DNA of 64,000 nucleotides, from contig CAVWHL010000017.1 of assembly GCA_963754855.1 (NCBI GenBank), forward strand, positions 26,075-90,074, read 5' to 3'. The notes under the pieces are model-generated. The model had not been told where the DNA came from, did not search any database, and worked only from the letters and a program-made list of their open reading frames with translations. Below are positions 50,047-60,142 of the stretch, in pieces. A program made the translations under genes and the position numbers. Origin of the DNA: an uncultured Acidobacteriota bacterium (GTDB lineage: Bacteria > Acidobacteriota > Terriglobia > Acidiferrales > UBA7541). The number at the start of each line of letters is the position of its first letter. Within the stretch, counting starts at the first letter, position 1.

Positions 50047-51280
50047 ATGCAGACCCAAATCGAATCCCATCTCGCCGCGCACTCCGTGGAAAACACGGGA
50101 GCACCGGAAGACGGCGCTCGTCTGCGTATTTTGCACATCATTAGCTATATGGGCCGCGGCGGCGCGGAGATGGGCATTCTGAAACTAGTCAAAAGTTTGG
50201 GCCAAGCTCAATTCGAACAACGCATCTGCTGTACGCGTGGTTTTGATTCTGGCTTCGTGCAATCCCGATTACAGAAAGAAGAACTGTACAGCGCCGGGAA
50301 ATTCCGCACTCAGGTTGCAGTTCCCGTTATTCCGCTTGGCCCGCATCATGCGCGAGTACCGGCCCCACATCGTGCATTCCAGGAATTGGGGAGCGTTGGA
50401 AGCCGTGGTCGCGGCCAAGCTTGCCGGCGTTCCAGTGGCCATCCATAGCGAACACGGCTACGAGGTGGACATGTTTGCAGGACTCCCCCTGCGGCGGCGG
50501 CTCTTTCGACGTGCGGCGTATTCCATGGCGGACGCGGTTTTCGCGCTAACCCGCGAACTGAGGGACTTTCATGCTCGCCAGGCCTGGGTTCGAAGGGATC
50601 GCATTGGCGTGATTTACAACGGCGTGGACACGGAACGCTTTGCGCCCAGCAGCGAAAGCCGGATCGCCGTGCGCAGGGAACTCGGATTGCCAGAAGCATC
50701 CTTCGTCGTGGGAAGCGTTGGGCGTCTGGTCCCCATCAAGGATCATGCCACCCTGCTCAAAGCCGCGACTGTGCTCGTGGGAAAGGGCGTGAATGTGCGG
50801 GTTCTGCTGGTGGGCTCGGGACCCGAGCGCGAAAGACTGGAGAGCTGCGCGAAGGGTCCGCTGGCTGATCGGGTTTGTTTTGCAGGTGACTCCGACCGGA
50901 TTCCGGAAATGCTGAATGCCATGGACGTGTTCGTGTTGCCCTCTCTTGGCGAGGGGATGTCCAATACTCTGCTCGAAGCCATGGCCTGCGCGCTGCCCGT
51001 GATTGCCACAACTGTTGGGGGCAACCCGGAAATCATTGAGAAGGAAGAGCATGGCTGCTTGTTCGCGCCTGGGGATGCCGAGTGGCTCGCGGAGAAGTTG
51101 AAGTTGCTTGCCAGCGATCCGGCCCTCATTCACCAGTTGGGCACGGAGGCCCGGCGCCGGGTTGTGGAATCATTCAGCTTGAGCCGCATGATGGAGAATT
51201 ACCGTAATTTGTACCTGGAACTTGCTGCCCGCCGCCGCGTTGCGGCCACAAGGATGGATACGGCCCATGTGCGGAATTAG
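50047..51280 (+). CDS. GT4 glycosyltransferase with a one-base frameshift at ~50300
   Basis: N-part RILHII..GGAE in one frame; PHIVHSRNWG, NGVD and EGMSNTLLEAMA in the next. Removing one A from GGGAAATTCC joins them. Confidence 0.85.
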
Positions 51281-53141
51281 CGGCATCTTCGAGTTCGATC
51301 GCCGCGAAGCGATCCCGCAGGAAGTCGTCCACCGCATGAACGAAACCATCGTGCACCGCGGCCCAGACGATGAAGGCATCTATTGCGGCGAAGGAATCGG
51401 CCTCGGTTTCCGGCGGCTCAGCATCATTGATCTGGCCGGCGGCCACCAGCCCATTTCCAACGAAGATGGCCGCCTGTGGGTCATGTTGAACGGCGAGATC
51501 TACAATTATCCCGAGCTGCGCCGCGAACTCGAAAGCCGCGGCCACCATTTTGCCACACACTCTGATACCGAGACGATCGTTCACCTCTACGAGGAATTTG
51601 GCGAGGACTGTTTTCGCAGGCTGCGCGGAATGTTCGCGATCGCTCTCTGGGACTCGAAGGAACGGAAGCTGCTCCTCGCACGCGACCGCGTCGGGAAGAA
51701 GCCCCTGTTCTATGCAGCGGACTCCAAGCGAATTATTTTCGGCTCCGAGCTGAAAGTGTTACTTGCGGCTGATGGAATGCCTCGAGAGATCGATCGGGAA
51801 GCGTTGTGTGACTACTTCTCCTGCGGGTACATTCCCGCTCCGAAAACTATCTACCGGGCCGCGCGAAAAGTTCGCCCGGGGCATTACCTGGTGGCTTCCA
51901 ACGGCAATCTTCGCGAAGTTTGTTATTGGGATCTTTCTTTCGCCAAAGTCGAAGACCGCAGTGAAGAAGAGTGGTGCGAGTTGCTGCGGCACGAGATGTG
52001 CGAAGCGACGCGGGTGCGGCTGATGAGCGATGTGCCGCTCGGCGCATTCCTCAGCGGGGGTGTCGATTCCTCCGCCATCGTGGGCAACATGAGCCGGCTC
52101 ATGCAGCGGCCGGTCACGACCTGTTCGATCGGATTTGAGGAAGAAGAATTCAATGAAGCCGCGTACGCCCGGCAGGTCGCCCGGCTATTCCATTCCGAAC
52201 ATCACGAAGAGACTGTCCGGCCCAGCGCGCTGGAAATCATGGAAAAGCTGGTTTGGCACTATGACGAGCCTTTCGCGGATTCCTCCGCCATTCCCACGTA
52301 TTACGTTTCCCGCGTGGCGCGGCGGCACGTGACCGTGGCGCTGGGCGGCGACGGCGGCGACGAAAATTTCGCTGGTTATCGCCGCTACATGCTAGACCAC
52401 TATGAGAATCGGCTACGCAGCCATGTGCCGCAGTCGCTCCGCTCCGCCGTGTTTGGCCCGCTAGGCCGTTGGTACCCGGCACTTGCCTGGGCGCCTCGCG
52501 TTGTTCGTGGCAAAGCGACCTTTCAAAGCCTCGCAGCTACGCCGCTGGAGGGTTACTTCAATTCCATTTCCTACTTTCGTCCCGGCGAGAAACACCGCCT
52601 GTTTACGCCAGAGTTCCGGAAGAGTCTGGGTGGGTACGATTCCATCGAGGTTTTTCGCGAGCACTACAACCGCGCGGACACCGACGATCTTTTGTCACGC
52701 ATTCAATATTTGGACATCAAGACGTACCTGACGGACGACATCCTCGCCAAGGTGGATCGCGCCAGCATGGCCGTGTCGCTCGAAGTTCGCGCTCCGCTCC
52801 TCGACCATCAATTGATGGAAAAAGTGGCGCGAATCCCCTCGTCATTAAAGCTGCGGGGCCGTTCCGGCAAGTACATTTTCAAGAAGGCCATGTCCCCGGC
52901 ATTGCCGGATGACATTCTCCACCGCCGCAAGCAGGGATTCGCAATCCCCTTGGGACAGTGGTTCCGGCAGGAATTGCGGGAGACGACGGAAAAGACTCTC
53001 TTCGATACCAACGACGGCATCCTGGATCCTGGATTTCTGCGGAAGATCTGGAAACAGCATCAGCGCGGTCATTATGACCGGTCGGCGCACCTCTGGTCGG
53101 TTTTGATGTTTCGCAAGTGGAAAGAAGCCTTTGGAGCTTAG
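51267..53141 (+). CDS. asnB: Asparagine synthase (glutamine-hydrolysing) family amidotransferase
   Basis: MCGISG, HRGPDD, NGEIYN, FLSGGVDSS and DEPFADSS motifs. Confidence 0.93.
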   Translation: MCGISGIFEFDRREAIPQEVVHRMNETIVHRGPDDEGIYCGEGIGLGFRRLSIIDLAGGHQPISNEDGRLWVMLNGEIYNYPELRRELESRGHHFATHSDTETIVHLYEEFGEDCFRRLRGMFAIALWDSKERKLLLARDRVGKKPLFYAADSKRIIFGSELKVLLAADGMPREIDREALCDYFSCGYIPAPKTIYRAARKVRPGHYLVASNGNLREVCYWDLSFAKVEDRSEEEWCELLRHEMCEATRVRLMSDVPLGAFLSGGVDSSAIVGNMSRLMQRPVTTCSIGFEEEEFNEAAYARQVARLFHSEHHEETVRPSALEIMEKLVWHYDEPFADSSAIPTYYVSRVARRHVTVALGGDGGDENFAGYRRYMLDHYENRLRSHVPQSLRSAVFGPLGRWYPALAWAPRVVRGKATFQSLAATPLEGYFNSISYFRPGEKHRLFTPEFRKSLGGYDSIEVFREHYNRADTDDLLSRIQYLDIKTYLTDDILAKVDRASMAVSLEVRAPLLDHQLMEKVARIPSSLKLRGRSGKYIFKKAMSPALPDDILHRRKQGFAIPLGQWFRQELRETTEKTLFDTNDGILDPGFLRKIWKQHQRGHYDRSAHLWSVLMFRKWKEAFGA

Positions 53142-53150
53142 AAACGCGCA

Positions 53151-55037
53151 ATGAGCGGAATTTGTGGAATTTGCGAGCCGGGCCGGACGTTGAATCCGGC
53201 GAGCATCCGCGAGATGCTGACTGCCCTGTCTCTGCCGGACGAATCCTCTGACGAAAGTTCGGGGGCCGATTCCATCGGGCTGGGTGTTTCTCGGCGATGG
53301 GATTTTCAGCAAGTTGCCGCCATCCCCGGTGTTCGAATTGCTGCTGACGCGGAGCTCCTCAACCGCCAGGAACTTACGAAATCTCTCAAGGCCGGAAATT
53401 TCGATCCTGCCGCTCTTTCTTCCGCTGAATTGCTGGCGCGTCTCTATCGAGAACGCGGCGCCGCGTTCGTCGCTCTGCTTGACGGGGTTTTCTCCTTCGC
53501 CCTCTGGGATGAGCAACACCGGCGCTTGATCTTGGCGATCGACCGGCTTGGTGTGAACAGTCTTTATTGGCGCAAGGAGGGCGAACAGTTGCTCTTCGCT
53601 TCACGCGTGAGCGCCATTCGCGCCGTGCAGCAGGCTCCGGTTGAGGTTAACTTAGCCGCGCTTGTCCAATACATGCTCTTTAGCGCGGTTCCCGCGCCAG
53701 TTGTAATTTATCAAGGAACCGAAAAGCTTCGTCCAGGCCATTTCCTGGTGTATGAGGCCGGACAAATTCGCCAGACAAGCTATTGGGATTTGGAGTATCC
53801 CGAAAGCGATATTCGAAGCGTTGAGCACTGGGCGCGGGAAGTGCGCGAAGGAATGCGTTCCGCCGTCCACCGTCATGTGGCGGATCTCGCCCCGGAAAAA
53901 ACGGGCGCCTATCTGAGCGGCGGCACGGACAGCAGCAGCGTCGTCGCCTTCATGAACGAACGGCACTCGCCAGTCAATGCGTACTCGATTTTCTTTGCCG
54001 AGGCGGTTTACAGCGAAATCGGTTTTGCCCGCACGACGGCCAATCACTTCCGCGCGAACCATCATGAACTTAGCCTCACATCTCGCGATACCTATGACGC
54101 TATCCCCAAGATCATGCAGTATTACGACGAGCCCTTCGCCAACTCCTCCGCCATCGGCGCCTACCACTGTGCCCGCATGGCTCGCGAGACCGGCGTAACT
54201 ACCCTTCTTGCGGGAGACGGCGGCGATGAGCTCTTCGCGGGCAATGAGCGCTACGCGGCGGACAAACGTTTTGCGCTTTACCACCTCGTTCCGGCCTGGA
54301 TTCGCAAGGGGCTCATCGAGCCACTCACGGGGCTGTTGCCTCAAAATGAGAGCCGGTTCAGTCTTCCCCGGCGTTACATCCGCCGCGCGAACATTCCGCT
54401 GCCGCGCCGCATTCTTTCCTACCAGCTTCTATTAAGCACGCCCCCAGAAGAGATTTTCGAGCCGGGTCTGCTTGAGAGTGTTCCGCCGAACTCTTGGCTC
54501 AACGTCGCCGAGGATCACTTTCAATCCGCGAAGGCAAAGAGCGACTTGAACCGTCTACTCTATCTCGACGTCAAAATGATTCTGGCCGACAACGATCTGA
54601 GAAAGGTTCTAGGCACAGCCGAAATGGCGGGCGTGCGCGCGCGCTTTCCGTTGCTGGATTATCGTCTCGCGGAACTCTCGGGGCGCGTCCCATCGTCGTT
54701 GAAAATGCGCGGCTTTGAAAAACGCTTCATTTTCAAGGAAGCCATGAAAGGAATTCTCCCCCATTCCATCCTCTACAAAAAGAAGCATGGGTTCGGCGTG
54801 CCTGTGGCCCTGTGGTTTCTGCAGGATTCTCGGTTGGAGTCGCTCGTCCAGGATGTTTTGACCGATTCGCGAACGCGCCAGCGGGGTTACTTCCGGCCCG
54901 CATTCCTCGACCGTTTGCTCCAACTGCACCGCGGCAGTGATGCACACTATTACGGAGAGATCCTCTGGTACCTCGTGGCCTTGGAACTTTGGCATCGCCA
55001 GCACTTCGAGCGGTCTCTGGAGAGTGTCTGTGCCTAA
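53151..55037 (+). CDS. Second asparagine-synthase-like amidotransferase lacking the N-terminal Cys
   Basis: MSGICG start and no HRGPD; intact LSGGTDSS, DEPFANSS and GDGGDELF motifs. Confidence 0.88.
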   Translation: MSGICGICEPGRTLNPASIREMLTALSLPDESSDESSGADSIGLGVSRRWDFQQVAAIPGVRIAADAELLNRQELTKSLKAGNFDPAALSSAELLARLYRERGAAFVALLDGVFSFALWDEQHRRLILAIDRLGVNSLYWRKEGEQLLFASRVSAIRAVQQAPVEVNLAALVQYMLFSAVPAPVVIYQGTEKLRPGHFLVYEAGQIRQTSYWDLEYPESDIRSVEHWAREVREGMRSAVHRHVADLAPEKTGAYLSGGTDSSSVVAFMNERHSPVNAYSIFFAEAVYSEIGFARTTANHFRANHHELSLTSRDTYDAIPKIMQYYDEPFANSSAIGAYHCARMARETGVTTLLAGDGGDELFAGNERYAADKRFALYHLVPAWIRKGLIEPLTGLLPQNESRFSLPRRYIRRANIPLPRRILSYQLLLSTPPEEIFEPGLLESVPPNSWLNVAEDHFQSAKAKSDLNRLLYLDVKMILADNDLRKVLGTAEMAGVRARFPLLDYRLAELSGRVPSSLKMRGFEKRFIFKEAMKGILPHSILYKKKHGFGVPVALWFLQDSRLESLVQDVLTDSRTRQRGYFRPAFLDRLLQLHRGSDAHYYGEILWYLVALELWHRQHFERSLESVCA

Positions 55038-56265
55038 TGAGCACATTCAAGTGCGCGAGCGCCCTCGCCTCCGGTCTGAGAGCGAGCATTGGGTGGAGGC
55101 TTCTCTCGCGCGTAAATCCAGGTTCAATTGGCGGGAACTCGTCCTCCAAGGCCTGCACTATTCCGGAGCATTGAAGCTGGCTCGGCGCATTTCGCGCTCT
55201 CATGAAATTCTTCCTGGTTCCAAGCTTCCCCTTTTGCGTTTCCGGCGCGCTCCGCATCCGAAGTTTGTGATCCTCTGCTACCACGGCATCGGCGAAGCTG
55301 GAAATCCGCTCGGCTTTGCTCCTACTCCTGAAACCTTTGAAGAGCAGATGCGCTTCCTGCGTCGCCACTATCGGGTTGTCTCTCTGGATGAGGTCTATAG
55401 GGAACTTCGCGAGCCGCGAACCACAGAGCCGGGAATAGCCATTACTTTTGACGATGGCTATCGCAACGCCTACACGACGGCGTTTCCAATCCTGAAGAAG
55501 TATTCTCTCCCCGCAACCATCTTCGTGACGCTGGAATGCATCGAAACCGGCCAGGTTGCCTGGTACGACCGCGTGTTTCTGGCGATGGGGATGGCGCCAC
55601 GCGGTGAGTTACATGTTGATTTGGAGAATAGTTGCCGGTTCCAGCTGAATTCTCCCGAAGATCGGCTACGCGCGGCGTTGGAGGTAGTCGCATTCTTGCG
55701 GACCCTCCCCAACTCACGGCGTGAAGAGTGCTCCGCCGCGCTGGAAAAGTGCGTTGGACTCCCACACATGGCATTGGCGAAGAAAATGCTGACCTGGGAA
55801 CAGATACGCGAGATGCACCAGAACGGGGTGGCTTTCGGTTCGCATACGTTGTCCCACCCGGTTGTGAGCCAATTGAACTCTGAGGAATTGGAGCGCGAAC
55901 TCGCCGATTCGAAGCGATTACTGGAAAAGAAACTCGGCAGCCCCGTCCTGGATTTTGCTTTTCCCTTCGGCAAAGCTTCGGACTGCAGCCCTCAGTCCAT
56001 CGCGCAACTTTCCCGCAGCGGATACCGCTCGGCAGTGACCACCATTCCGGGTGTGAATACTCCCTGTGTGAATCCGTTCGAACTCCGCCGCATGCAGATC
56101 GGCCACGATGCTTCGCTGGCCCGGTTTGCCTTTGATTTGAACCAGGCATTTCTTCACGGCACGGATTCCGACGCGGCCGTCTCTTTTTCCCCGACGCTTT
56201 TTCGTGAGCTCCAGGATCACGTCCAGCAGAGCACCGGCCGCGCAGTTGGAGGCCGCCATGCGTGA
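55030..56265 (+). CDS. Polysaccharide deacetylase (CE4)
   Basis: ILCYH, ITFDDGY, GSHTLSHP and FAFPFG motifs. Confidence 0.9.
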   Translation: MPNEHIQVRERPRLRSESEHWVEASLARKSRFNWRELVLQGLHYSGALKLARRISRSHEILPGSKLPLLRFRRAPHPKFVILCYHGIGEAGNPLGFAPTPETFEEQMRFLRRHYRVVSLDEVYRELREPRTTEPGIAITFDDGYRNAYTTAFPILKKYSLPATIFVTLECIETGQVAWYDRVFLAMGMAPRGELHVDLENSCRFQLNSPEDRLRAALEVVAFLRTLPNSRREECSAALEKCVGLPHMALAKKMLTWEQIREMHQNGVAFGSHTLSHPVVSQLNSEELERELADSKRLLEKKLGSPVLDFAFPFGKASDCSPQSIAQLSRSGYRSAVTTIPGVNTPCVNPFELRRMQIGHDASLARFAFDLNQAFLHGTDSDAAVSFSPTLFRELQDHVQQSTGRAVGGRHA

Positions 56266-57613
56266 TCTGATTCTCTTTGTCATCATCGCGATTGCCATCC
56301 CCATCAGTTTTTTCAAACCTTACTTCGGCATTTTGATGTGGACCTGGATCACCTTTTTCAACCCTCACCGTTATACCTGGGGGTTCATGTATAACTTTCC
56401 GGTGGCCGCGGTAATCGCCGTTCCCACGCTTCTCGGGTGCTTGTTCACCAAGGACATCAATCGCCAGCTCCTTAAACGCGAAACTCTTTTGCTCGCCGGG
56501 CTTTATGCGTGGTTCTGCGTAACCTTCTTATATGCCATGCAGGTGCCGTTTTTTCAGGGGCACATTGACGACGCGCGGATGGAATGGATTCGAGTCAGCA
56601 AGGTTCTCCTGATTACGTTCACGATGATTTTGTTGGTGACCTCGCATAAGAAATTCAAGTATCTCGTCATCGTCACGGCCATGAGTTTCGGCCTCTTGGC
56701 CATCAAGGGCGCGATCTTCGGAATTCGCACTGCTGGTGAGTTCCGTGTGTGGGGACCCCCTGATTCTTTTATTGCTGACAACAACTCATTTGCTTTAGCC
56801 GTCAATATGTCTCTTCCGATGCTCCTCTTCCTTGCCCGAGATGAGAAAAAGAGAGCCTACCGATGGTTGTACTATGTGGCCTTTGCTTGCTGCGTGCTTT
56901 CCGTCATCCTGACTTATTCGCGCGGCGGCTTGCTTGGGCTGGCAGCCGTGCTGTTCGCGATCACCCTTAAGTCGCGCTACAAGCTAGTCAGCGTTTTTCT
57001 CGCTGCGCTGGCGTTTGTCGCTGTCATCACTTTCGCTCCACCACAGTGGATGGACCGGATGGGAGGACTTGCACACGGAAATGTGGATGAGTCTGGCCAC
57101 CAGCGGCTTGTCTCCTGGGGAACCTCGTGGAATTTTGCGATGGACTACCCTATCACTGGTGGCTCCTTCAATGCTCTTCCTGACGTGCAATTGTTTCAGC
57201 GGTACCAGCCAGAGTCCTTGCCGGGAGGTTTTCTGTCATCCGGCCCCCATAGCATTTATTTTCAGACCTTGGAGGAGCAAGGTTTTGTCGGCCTTGGCCT
57301 CTATTTTTCTCTAGTTGCCAGTTGTTGGGCCAGCCTGTCCAGTCTCCGGCGCAGGGCTTCCCGGTCGGTATCTGACCAGTGGATCATTCCTTACACCCAC
57401 ATGATCGAAGTCTCTCTTTTTGGTTTTCTTGTAAGCGGGGCATTCTTGGGACTAGCTAACTTCGATCTTTTTTACCAACTGGTGGCAATGGTCATTCTCC
57501 TGAAGGTGCTCTTTGGCAAAGAGTCCCCCAGCACAGAACCGGTTCGAGTCGAAGAAACTGGGATTATCGCGACCGAGGAAGAGGCGCTAATCACCGAAGG
57601 TGCTACGCCCTGA
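56258..57613 (+). CDS. O-antigen ligase/Wzy-like polymerase (XrtA-associated O-glycosylation ligase type)
   Basis: Multiple TM helices; MRD start, NPHR, DNN, TYSRGG and HSIYFQ.L.EQG. Confidence 0.9.
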   Translation: MRDLILFVIIAIAIPISFFKPYFGILMWTWITFFNPHRYTWGFMYNFPVAAVIAVPTLLGCLFTKDINRQLLKRETLLLAGLYAWFCVTFLYAMQVPFFQGHIDDARMEWIRVSKVLLITFTMILLVTSHKKFKYLVIVTAMSFGLLAIKGAIFGIRTAGEFRVWGPPDSFIADNNSFALAVNMSLPMLLFLARDEKKRAYRWLYYVAFACCVLSVILTYSRGGLLGLAAVLFAITLKSRYKLVSVFLAALAFVAVITFAPPQWMDRMGGLAHGNVDESGHQRLVSWGTSWNFAMDYPITGGSFNALPDVQLFQRYQPESLPGGFLSSGPHSIYFQTLEEQGFVGLGLYFSLVASCWASLSSLRRRASRSVSDQWIIPYTHMIEVSLFGFLVSGAFLGLANFDLFYQLVAMVILLKVLFGKESPSTEPVRVEETGIIATEEEALITEGATP

Positions 57614-57662
57614 GGAGCCCTGGGAATGGGTGCCAGTGTATCCCCAGGTTTGGAGAGGAGAA

Positions 57663-58841
57663 ATGTTGGAGCATTTTACCAGAGTGATTGGCAGAGTCGG
57701 ATGGCGATTCGGAAGGCCCTTCGTGGCTCTCCTTTTCTTCGCGCTCGGCAGCGGCTCTGTCTCTGCGCAGACTTGGTCCTGGACATTTGAAAACGTTGAC
57801 GGAGCGGCGAAATTTACTTCCCTGGGCGTGGACGGGCATGGAAACGTACACGTTAGCTACACCGACAATTCGGTGCATACCCTGAAGTATGCTTTCCGTT
57901 CGGCGGATTCTTCCCGTTGGTTTACGCTGGAAATCGATCGAAAACTGCAAGATGTCACAACCCACCTCACGCTCGATTCTCAGGGCAACCCACATATCTG
58001 TTATCCCGACCGGCTGACGATCAAATACGCTCATTGGAATGGAACCCGTTGGATCATTCAGGAAATAGCTCCCGGAGGAACCAAGGAATACACTTGTTCA
58101 CTGCTTGTCTCGTCTGAAGGCACGCCATATGTTACCTGGTACCAGACTCGAGCCGATGACGGCTCGCCTTACTTTCATCTCAGATCTGCCGTCCTGCAGG
58201 ATGGGGCGTGGCTTGCCCGCACCATTGACTTTGACGGTGAGGCTGGCAAGTGGACTTCCATGGCCTTCGACGAAAAAGGCCAGCCATTCATTTCCTACAG
58301 CAGCTTTCCTATAGGGGAGCTTCGGTTGGCTCATTGGAACGGCGCCAAGTGGGAAACCAGCTTCATCGATACCATTAATTCCGATTCGACGAAGGCCGTT
58401 CGCGGGATGGGAAATTCCCTTCATCTTGGGCCGCATGGGAAACTTTACGTGAGCTACTATGGCGAAAGGGATCTTCGCTATGCCGTACAGGAAGGCGATC
58501 ACTGGGTAATTCAGAAAGTCAGCGACATTACCCCGCGCGGGAGCTGGGTCGGCTATTGGAGCAGTCTCGACTTTGACCACGCAGGTCATCCGCACATCAG
58601 TTATGACGATGGCGGTGCACTCAAGCACGCTTTTTGGGATGGGAAAGAGTGGCGCATCCAGATAATCGCTGTCGCCGGAGGTGATCCCTATCGATACAGC
58701 GCCCTCAGTATCGGACCGGATGACACCATTTACATCAGTTACCGCGATCCGCAGGGCGGCTCCTTAAAGGTCGCGGTGGGCCGGCCGAACGGCTTGCCTC
58801 CTAACGCTGCGGCCCCTGCAGCGTCATCAAAGAGAAATTGA
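57663..58841 (+). CDS. Secreted repeat (beta-propeller-like) protein
   Basis: Signal peptide; about six repeats of SL.D..G.PHISY.D...LKYA.W.G..W. Confidence 0.75.
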   Translation: MLEHFTRVIGRVGWRFGRPFVALLFFALGSGSVSAQTWSWTFENVDGAAKFTSLGVDGHGNVHVSYTDNSVHTLKYAFRSADSSRWFTLEIDRKLQDVTTHLTLDSQGNPHICYPDRLTIKYAHWNGTRWIIQEIAPGGTKEYTCSLLVSSEGTPYVTWYQTRADDGSPYFHLRSAVLQDGAWLARTIDFDGEAGKWTSMAFDEKGQPFISYSSFPIGELRLAHWNGAKWETSFIDTINSDSTKAVRGMGNSLHLGPHGKLYVSYYGERDLRYAVQEGDHWVIQKVSDITPRGSWVGYWSSLDFDHAGHPHISYDDGGALKHAFWDGKEWRIQIIAVAGGDPYRYSALSIGPDDTIYISYRDPQGGSLKVAVGRPNGLPPNAAAPAASSKRN

Positions 58842-58881
58842 GAAGGAAGGCGAGGCTAGGGAAGTTCAGATCTGGAGCAGC

Positions 58882-60081
58882 ATGAGATATCCGCTCGAAA
58901 CTCTGTTCTGGGTCTGCGCTTTGCTCTTAGGCTACATCTATGTCGGATATCCCGTACTCATCTCGCTCCTTGCAAAGCTTTTCCCCAAAGAATTGGCTTC
59001 GAAAGAGGAATCGGATCTATCAGTCTCGCTCCTCATCTCTGCGTACAACGAAGCTCCGGTGATCGCTACCAAACTCGAGAATTCGCTGGAGCTGGATTTC
59101 CCGCCGGAACGCTTGGAAATCATGGTTATCTCCGATTGCTCGGACGATGGCACGGACGAACTCGTTCGAAGCTACGACAGCAAGGGGATAAGATTGATCC
59201 GACAGAATCAGAGATTGGGAAAGAGCGCGGCATTGAATTTTGCTGTTCCTCAGACCGGGGGGGATGTCTTGGTATTCTCTGACGCCAATGCGCTTTACCA
59301 ACCGGAAGCCCTTGGCCAACTGGTCCGCCATTTTTCCAACCCTAAAGTCGGTTACGTCGTGGGAAACGCGCGGTATTACGAGAAGGGGATGGAATCTTCC
59401 TCCGCGGAATCCGAAGGACTCTACTGGAAATTAGAAACCTATTTGAAAAAAAAGGAATCGGCCTTTGCTTCCGTTGTCGGAGGCGACGGTGCAATTTACG
59501 CCATTCGCCGTGAGCTATACACTCCTCTCTTGCCCACCGACATCAATGATTTCTTGAATCCGCTGCAGATCATCGCTCGCGGCTACACCGGCGTGTTTGA
59601 GCCTGCGGCGATCTGTTACGAGGAGGCCGCGGAAAGCTTCAGTCAGGAATATCGCCGGAAAGTGCGAATCATCAGCAGGAGTTTGAATGCCTTAAAGCGC
59701 GTCCCGGCAATCCTGAACCCATTGAAGAATACTCGTCACTGGTTTCTTTTGGTTTCGCACAAGCTGCTTCGCTGGTTCGCGCCATTCTTCATGATTTTAT
59801 TGTTCGCTTCCAGCCTCATGCTGTGGCGCTCCCCGTTTTATCGGGTTGCCGTTCTCCTGCAAGCGGTCTTTTACGCCATGGCGCTGGTGGGCTGGATGCG
59901 GCAATCGAAGAAGAATCCAGGAAAGTTCTTTTCTCTCGCCTTTTACTTTTGCCTGGTTAATGTTGCTTCCTTGGTTGGCTGCGTGAAATGCTTGCGCGGG
60001 GACCTTTCCGGGAAATGGACGCCACCGCGGCAGAAGGTGACGACTCGAACTCAAGTGCATATGGAATCGAAGGATTCATAA
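58882..60081 (+). CDS. GT2 glycosyltransferase
   Basis: AYNE, SDCSDDGT, FSDAN, GAIYAIRR and SHKLLRW motifs. Confidence 0.93.
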   Translation: MRYPLETLFWVCALLLGYIYVGYPVLISLLAKLFPKELASKEESDLSVSLLISAYNEAPVIATKLENSLELDFPPERLEIMVISDCSDDGTDELVRSYDSKGIRLIRQNQRLGKSAALNFAVPQTGGDVLVFSDANALYQPEALGQLVRHFSNPKVGYVVGNARYYEKGMESSSAESEGLYWKLETYLKKKESAFASVVGGDGAIYAIRRELYTPLLPTDINDFLNPLQIIARGYTGVFEPAAICYEEAAESFSQEYRRKVRIISRSLNALKRVPAILNPLKNTRHWFLLVSHKLLRWFAPFFMILLFASSLMLWRSPFYRVAVLLQAVFYAMALVGWMRQSKKNPGKFFSLAFYFCLVNVASLVGCVKCLRGDLSGKWTPPRQKVTTRTQVHMESKDS

Positions 60082-60142
60082 CCGCCTTCGACGCTGCTGA
60101 AGCTTTGTACCCAATTTTTTTCCTTAGGAGCGCGCGAGCGGA

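Noticed and set aside
50296-50302. Programmed -1 frameshift at G GGA AAT
   Set aside because: The heptamer is out of phase with the upstream ORF and the required shift is +1.
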